Notes under the pieces: model-generated
The model's database searches: none
What the model was told of the DNA's origin: nothing
The model's input: only the letters and a program-made list of their open reading frames with translations
Translations under genes and position numbers: made by a program
Shown here: positions 45,548-50,577 of the stretch, one piece after another
Numbering within the stretch: position 1 is the stretch's first letter
How the letters are laid out: each line of letters starts with the position of its first letter
Assembly: GCA_046756985.1 (NCBI GenBank)
Contig: JBHHXG010000001.1
Coordinates: forward strand, 1-50,577
DNA from: Mariprofundaceae bacterium
Lineage (GTDB): Bacteria; Pseudomonadota; Zetaproteobacteria; Mariprofundales; Mariprofundaceae
Reading direction: 5' to 3'
DNA length: 50,577 nucleotides

Positions 45548-46122
45548 TCCTCGTTATCGACAACTACGATTCCTTTACCTTCAATCTCGTACAGTATCTC
45601 GGCGAGCTTGGCGAAGAACCCAAGGTCTTCCGCAATGATAAAATTGATCCCGATGGCATTGCCGCACTGAATCCTGACCGTATCCTGATTTCGCCGGGTC
45701 CATGCACGCCGCATGAAGCAGGCATTTCGATGGATGTGATCCGGCGTTTTTCCGGCCAGATCCCGATTCTGGGCGTCTGCCTTGGCCATCAAGCCATTGC
45801 CGAAGTGTTCGGCGGCAAGGTCGTGCGGGCAGACAGGCTGATGCACGGCAAGACAAGCCTGATTGAGCACCATGGAGAACACGATTCCAGCAGCATGTTC
45901 TCAGGCATACCGTCGCCGTTTACGGCCACACGCTACCACTCACTGATCGTGCCCGAGCCACTGCCGGATTGCCTGCTGCGTACAGCCTGGACAGCGGAGG
46001 GAGAACTGATGGCGCTCAATCATCGTGAACATCCGACTTTCGGCGTGCAGTTTCATCCCGAATCCATCCTCACCGAGCACGGACACCGGTTGCTCAGGAA
46101 TTTCCTGGAGGTGCAGGCATGA
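45544..46122 (+). CDS. trpG: Anthranilate synthase component II (glutamine amidotransferase)
   Basis: Start at [19 protein letters not shown] (ATGA overlap with the trpE stop). Catalytic GVCLGHQ and a C-terminal HPES. Confidence 0.93.
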   Translation: MILVIDNYDSFTFNLVQYLGELGEEPKVFRNDKIDPDGIAALNPDRILISPGPCTPHEAGISMDVIRRFSGQIPILGVCLGHQAIAEVFGGKVVRADRLMHGKTSLIEHHGEHDSSSMFSGIPSPFTATRYHSLIVPEPLPDCLLRTAWTAEGELMALNHREHPTFGVQFHPESILTEHGHRLLRNFLEVQA

Positions 46123-47144
46123 GCGATACGATTCAACAGGCCATTCGCCAGATTCAGACCGGTGATGAAATCAGCGGCGAGCAGAGTGAGGTGGTCTTCA
46201 CCGCCATCATGAGCGGCGAAGCAACGCCGGCCCAGATTGGCGCGCTTCTGCTGGGACTTTCCATTCGGGGCGAAACGGCGGAGATCATTGCCGGGGCGGC
46301 AAAGGCCATGCGGGCCGCTGCCACGCATATCAACCCCAAAGCGAAAGATTTACTCGATACCTGCGGCACCGGCGGTGATGGAGCCAGCACCTTCAACATT
46401 TCCACGGCCGTTGCCATTGTGACTGCCGCCTGCGGCCAACCAGTCGCCAAACATGGCAACCGTGCTATCTCGTCAAAATCCGGCAGTGCTGATGTCCTGG
46501 AAGCTTTGGGTGTCAGGCTCGATATTCCGCCTGAGCGGGTTGCCGATTGCATTGATGAGGTGGGCATCGGCTTTCTGTTTGCGCCGGGACATCATCCGGC
46601 CATGAAGCACGCCGCACCTGTCCGCCGCGAACTGGGCGTGCGCAGCATTTTCAATCTGCTGGGGCCGCTGACAAACCCTGCCGGCGCTGCTTATCAGGTA
46701 CTTGGCGTCTATGCCAAAGACCGCCTTGAACTGGTTGCCGGCGCTTTGCAACAGCTTGGCATCCAGCGAGCGCTCGTGGTGCATGGACGTGATGGCCTGG
46801 ATGAAATTACCACGACGGGCATTACTGATGCGATCCGGGTCGAGCAGGGAAAATCTCTGCAGAGTTTCGAGATTGATCCGGCGGCCTTTGGCATGCCGTA
46901 TGCCACGCCGGAAGCGCTCAAGGGCGGTGATGCCAAAGACAACGCATCCATTCTCAGGCATATTCTTGCCGGCCAGAAAGGTGCGGGCCGGGATATCGTG
47001 CTGCTCAATGCCGCTGCCGCGTTGTGGGTCTGTGGCCGGGTTGATGGTATCCCAGAAGGTCTGGAAATGGCCGCCGATGCCATTGATTCAGGTAAGGCAG
47101 CAACTACGCTGGATGCATTGATCCGCTTTACACAACAGCAATGA
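46119..47144 (+). CDS. trpD: Anthranilate phosphoribosyltransferase
   Basis: 341 aa. [30 protein letters not shown] and [10 protein letters not shown] are canonical TrpD motifs. Confidence 0.95.
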   Translation: MSDTIQQAIRQIQTGDEISGEQSEVVFTAIMSGEATPAQIGALLLGLSIRGETAEIIAGAAKAMRAAATHINPKAKDLLDTCGTGGDGASTFNISTAVAIVTAACGQPVAKHGNRAISSKSGSADVLEALGVRLDIPPERVADCIDEVGIGFLFAPGHHPAMKHAAPVRRELGVRSIFNLLGPLTNPAGAAYQVLGVYAKDRLELVAGALQQLGIQRALVVHGRDGLDEITTTGITDAIRVEQGKSLQSFEIDPAAFGMPYATPEALKGGDAKDNASILRHILAGQKGAGRDIVLLNAAAALWVCGRVDGIPEGLEMAADAIDSGKAATTLDALIRFTQQQ

Positions 47145-47926
47145 GCTCGATTCTGAATGACATTGCGGCCTACAAGAGAGACTGGCTCGCGGCATGCAAA
47201 CAGCACATATCTGAAGACACACTGACGGAGCGGGCGCGGAACTACATGCCGCTGGATTTTGCCGGGGCCTTAAGCAAGCGTATCGCCAACAGACAGAATG
47301 CCGTCATTGCCGAGATCAAAAAGGCATCGCCATCGAAAGGTGTGATCCGGGCTGATTTCGATCCGGTGGCCATCGCCAAATCCTACGAACAGGGTGGCGC
47401 CACATGCCTGTCGGTACTGACCGACGAAAAATATTTTCAGGGCTCGAACCAGTATCTTGAGGCGATTCGTGCAGCGGTTTCACTTCCGATCCTGCGCAAG
47501 GATTTCATGCTTGATCCGTATCAGGTGATCGAAGCGCGCAGCCTGGGCGCCGATGCGATTCTCGTCATTATGGCCATGGTGGATGATGCGCTGGCGGCCG
47601 AATTATGTGCTGTGGCACGCGAGCAGGGACTGGGCGTGCTGCCGGAGGTGCACAACAGTTCCGAGCTGGAGCGGGCGCTGGTTCTTGATACAACACTGAT
47701 CGGTATCAATAACCGCAATCTGCACACGTTTGAGACGAGCCTGCAGACGACGATGGATATGTTGCCGGATATCCCGAAGGGCCGCACAGTGATTACCGAG
47801 TCCGGCATTTTTACCACCGATGACATTCAGGCCATGAATAGTGTCGGCGTCTACGGCTTCCTGATCGGTGAGTCCCTGATGCGTGCAGCCGATCCGGGCG
47901 CTGCGCTGCGGGAGTTACTGAGCTAA
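47141..47926 (+). CDS. trpC: Indole-3-glycerol phosphate synthase
   Basis: 261 aa. [30 protein letters not shown] and GINNRNL are canonical TrpC motifs. Confidence 0.95.
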   Translation: MSSILNDIAAYKRDWLAACKQHISEDTLTERARNYMPLDFAGALSKRIANRQNAVIAEIKKASPSKGVIRADFDPVAIAKSYEQGGATCLSVLTDEKYFQGSNQYLEAIRAAVSLPILRKDFMLDPYQVIEARSLGADAILVIMAMVDDALAAELCAVAREQGLGVLPEVHNSSELERALVLDTTLIGINNRNLHTFETSLQTTMDMLPDIPKGRTVITESGIFTTDDIQAMNSVGVYGFLIGESLMRAADPGAALRELLS

Positions 47927-48655
47927 GCTCTCTTCCCCGATGACTGCAGCGCCGGGCGCAGGAACCGGCTCATGGCGGGCAAGCTGTTCCCCGGTGGCAA
48001 CAAACAGTTCCTCGGCTACGTTGCGTTTGACCTGCCGGTTTACCCAGTGGCGGTTGATATAGACCTGACCCAGCGTGCGGACCTGCAACTGCGTCTTATC
48101 ACCGTCTTCCGTCTTCAGACGCAGTACGCGCACCACAAAGCGGTGCCGGGATGCCAGCACGTTCTCGCCGCCAAACATATTGCTTAATCCGGAAGCAAAC
48201 ACGTTTTTCGTATTGGCATCGTGGCGGACCCATTCGGTCGTGACCGTGCCGCTCGGTGAATCCACGCTCTGCACCGGCAGGTTCAGCGCCGTCATCGCAT
48301 CGACAACAGCGGAGAAAACCACATCGGCAGGCTGATCATAGGCACGCGCATCCAGCGATACGGCCTGACCGGCCACCGAGGGCTTCTGAACAGAAGCGCC
48401 TCCGGCCTGCGGCTGGCTGGCGATATTCTCCGGCATCGGCACAGCCACCTCGCCTCTGAGTTCGGGCGGCACATCCAGCGGTGCGCGCCGTGCTGCGCCT
48501 GAAGAACCAGCGCCGGATTGTGTATAGGCGGGCTGTTTTTCGGCGTCGTCATGCGTCATAATCAATGGTGGCATATCAGCACAGGCGGATAATATGCATG
48601 CGGCCATGGCAGCCAGGATCAGATGGAACAGGATATTATACTGACGTTTTCTCAT
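47915..48655 (-). CDS. Lipoprotein of unknown function (possibly BamC/NlpB-like domain)
   Basis: Start at [10 protein letters not shown]. Lipobox ILSAC. A low-complexity Pro/Ala/Gly linker, then a roughly 130-aa mixed alpha/beta domain. The 3' end overlaps trpC convergently by 12 nt. Confidence 0.6.
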   Translation of the reverse strand: MRKRQYNILFHLILAAMAACILSACADMPPLIMTHDDAEKQPAYTQSGAGSSGAARRAPLDVPPELRGEVAVPMPENIASQPQAGGASVQKPSVAGQAVSLDARAYDQPADVVFSAVVDAMTALNLPVQSVDSPSGTVTTEWVRHDANTKNVFASGLSNMFGGENVLASRHRFVVRVLRLKTEDGDKTQLQVRTLGQVYINRHWVNRQVKRNVAEELFVATGEQLARHEPVPAPGAAVIGEESLAQ

Positions 48656-48732
48656 AGGGGCCGCATTCAATCGGGGATAACCCCACAGGTCAATAGCCAG
48701 ATAGCGGAGCCCGGACAACTCAGTGAGCAGGC

Positions 48733-48763
48733 AAAAAAAGAGGGAGGCGTGAGCCTCCCTCTT
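48733..48763 (-). terminator. Rho-independent terminator of the cyc2-like gene
   Basis: 10-bp GC-rich stem AGAGGGAGGC / GCCTCCCTCT with loop GTGA. The minus-strand RNA stem is followed by U7 (plus A-run 48733-48739). It lies 27 nt downstream of the stop at 48790. Confidence 0.85.
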
Positions 48764-48789
48764 CTGTTGTAAAGAATCCCGAAGGAATC

Positions 48790-50067
48790 TTAGTACACGT
48801 ACTCCAGTACCAGCGTTGTGCTGTTTGCACTTGCAACAGCAGGTAGGCCGGCAGGCACGCCGAACTTCGTCGAGTTGTACTCGAGGTCGAGCTCAACGTT
48901 CTGCGCAACCGAATACCATGCGCCAGCTACGAGCGTCTTGGCGGTTGAGGAAACAGCGACAGGGCCGCCACTGACTTCAACCTTGCTGTAGTCGTAGCCG
49001 AAACGGACGCCGAAGTGACCGAAGGCAACGGTAACAAGCGGATAGTAGCCGGTGTTGTCAACCTTAGCCAAAGGTGTAGAGAGGAACGGATCCTCACCCT
49101 TGAACTGGGCCAGCAGATAGAAGCCGAGAGAGGCATCGCCGATATCGCCCTGCACCTGCAAGTCAACACCGATGTTCTGGCCAGCGCCGCCACCGGTCGG
49201 GTCAAGAGCACCCAGCGCAACAGCGTTCGGCGCCTTCAGGTTGATGTCGGCATAGTACACACCGCCAACAACATCAAATCCGCCGAACTCAACCGTGGCT
49301 GCAATGCGTGCATACAGAGACAGATCAAGCGCAGCTGCGTTGGTTGCCGAAGTCGTATTACCGGACAGCGCGCCCAGGTTCGGGATGATGCCGCCGATAG
49401 CGATATAGGCCATGTCGTTCAGGTAGGCATACACACCGATACCACTGACACCATCGCTCAGGATGTGAGCGGCGTCAGAGAAGGCAGCACGGTGCTGCCA
49501 GCCGCGGATGTTACGGCCGGTGGTGTTGGACGGATCGTTGAACAGGTAAGGAGCGCCAAGGCCGTCGGTCGAACCGCCAGCGATGGCAATAGAACCCATG
49601 TCGGTGTCAAATACATAGGCGAGCTTGTAGGACAGCGGACCACCGCCAGCCCACTCGGTCAGACCACCGACGTGCTCGCCGTAACGGCCACCGATCAGGA
49701 TGGCAGTCTCGTCCGGCCACTGGATAGCAGTGTTCTTGCCGGTGCCGAATGCGCCGCCAGTCAGAGCAGCATCACCGTTCTGGTCCTTGATACGGGCCTT
49801 GAACAGCAGTGCAGCATTGAACACGGCCGGCAGGGACAGGTGATCGTCTTCGATCAGAGCCTGCTCACCCATGTCACGGAAAGCGTTCATACGGAAATTA
49901 CGGCCAAATGCGGTCAAACGCGGGATGGCCTGGAAATGGCAGCTATAGCAAGCTGCGCCAGTCTGGCGTGCAAACGCCGGTACAGCCTCAGCAGTGGTCG
50001 GTGCAACCGCAACAGCGGAAACAGCAACAACAGCGAAGGCAGCAGCAGAAAGAAGAAGTTTCTTCAT
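48790..50067 (-). CDS. cyc2: Fused monoheme cytochrome c / outer-membrane beta-barrel porin (Cyc2-like candidate iron oxidase)
   Basis: 425 aa. Sec signal ending TAEA. PAFARQTGAACYSCH gives a single CXXCH about 15 aa into the mature protein. The rest is Gly/Ala/aromatic-rich with alternating beta-strand periodicity, ending in the OMP-type C-terminus LVLEYVY. GGAGGA Shine-Dalgarno 9 nt upstream. Confidence 0.7.
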   Translation of the reverse strand: MKKLLLSAAAFAVVAVSAVAVAPTTAEAVPAFARQTGAACYSCHFQAIPRLTAFGRNFRMNAFRDMGEQALIEDDHLSLPAVFNAALLFKARIKDQNGDAALTGGAFGTGKNTAIQWPDETAILIGGRYGEHVGGLTEWAGGGPLSYKLAYVFDTDMGSIAIAGGSTDGLGAPYLFNDPSNTTGRNIRGWQHRAAFSDAAHILSDGVSGIGVYAYLNDMAYIAIGGIIPNLGALSGNTTSATNAAALDLSLYARIAATVEFGGFDVVGGVYYADINLKAPNAVALGALDPTGGGAGQNIGVDLQVQGDIGDASLGFYLLAQFKGEDPFLSTPLAKVDNTGYYPLVTVAFGHFGVRFGYDYSKVEVSGGPVAVSSTAKTLVAGAWYSVAQNVELDLEYNSTKFGVPAGLPAVASANSTTLVLEYVY

Positions 50068-50392
50068 GTTGGAATATCCTCCGAATAAAATTGACTCGTA
50101 TTCATAAAGAATGAATCGAGCCTTGTTAAATGTGTCTCCCCTGTCAGTTGCCGTCCTTCTCTTCGACCTGCCGCCGGCCTTGTTAAATCACCAGTCGGCT
50201 GAGAATACATGACGGTTCCCTTCCGGGAGGACTGACGAACAATGCGTGAGAGCCGTCACAGGGTCAAGATGACACACACTGAATGTGTCGTTTTGACACA
50301 TGATGGAATGTTTTACGTCCGGGCAGCTATATGACTATGTCTTACAGGCGCAAGACTTGGAGTTAAATTCGATTATCGTGGACCTTGCAGGA

Positions 50393-50577
50393 TCAGACAA
50401 GCCCACCCAGCGCCGCCTTGCAAGCATCCATCAGCGGATCCGGGAAAATGCCAATGGCTACAATCACAATGGCAGTCACTACCACTGTTGCCTGCATCAG
50501 TCGATTATCGGCAAAATTGAAGGCCACGCGCTCTTCATCAAAGTAAATGTATTTGACCACGCGGATGTAATAGAACG
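50393..50577 (-). CDS. nuoN: NADH-quinone oxidoreductase subunit N, 3' end only
   Basis: Reverse-complement frame gives FYYIRVVKYIYFDEERVAFNFADNRLMQATVVVTAIVIVAIGIFPDPLMDACKAALGGLV-stop. YY(I/L)RVVK..YFDE is the conserved NuoN C-terminus. Confidence 0.8.
   Translation of the reverse strand, partial: FYYIRVVKYIYFDEERVAFNFADNRLMQATVVVTAIVIVAIGIFPDPLMDACKAALGGLV

Noticed and set aside
49015-50088. 357-aa plus-strand ORF covering the whole cyc2-like locus
   Set aside because: It is an antisense shadow ORF. It is Arg/Ser/Gly/Thr-rich and low-complexity, with no ribosome-binding site or recognisable domain. The minus-strand ORF has a signal peptide, CXXCH, an OMP C-terminus, a Shine-Dalgarno and a terminator.

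Overview
Dense, almost gap-free chromosomal window from a Gram-negative, proteobacterial-type genome. I call about 54 protein genes, one tRNA and one riboswitch. I saw no rRNA, CRISPR array, IS element, transposase or integrase. Layout from left to right follows. (1) The str operon rpsL-rpsG-fusA-tuf on the minus strand. (2) A glycerol-3-phosphate dehydrogenase-like plus glycerophosphodiesterase pair, pntAA-pntAB-pntB, folB-folK, and a 58-aa zinc-finger ORF missing from the ORF track. Then rlmB, a Sel1-repeat lipoprotein, radC, an alpha/beta hydrolase and two small membrane proteins. (3) The giant NAD-specific glutamate dehydrogenase. (4) The stand-out region at 18.7-25.0 kb is a peptide/miniprotein maturation island. 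It holds a 132-aa precursor-like ORF (twin-arginine-type signal peptide, 13 Cys in the last 77 residues) followed by a radical SAM enzyme with an abbreviated SPASM/twitch tail, a PqqD-like protein and an HPr-kinase-like P-loop protein. A divergent PF14907-type nucleotidyltransferase and a convergent MFS plus ATP-grasp pair flank it. No lasso-peptide cyclase or leader protease is present, and I cannot place the island in a characterised RiPP class. (5) A beta-propeller lipoprotein coupled to a degenerate site-2-protease-like membrane protein. (6) A cobalamin-riboswitch-led nine-gene operon: btuB-like receptor, tonB-like, btuF/C/D-like, cobO, cbiX, cobA. (7) A large Sel1-repeat protein. (8) An Mla-like lipid-transport operon whose ABC nucleotide-binding subunit has lost every catalytic motif. 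It is fused in one tightly overlapping unit to a TPR lipoprotein, an RsbW-like kinase, a STAS protein and ubiD. (9) ppiD, tRNA-Ala(GGC), trpEGDC and a lipoprotein. (10) A fused monoheme cytochrome c / beta-barrel porin of the Cyc2 (iron-oxidase) type just downstream of the 3' end of nuoN. All calls come from reading translations and motifs by eye; no database search was run.
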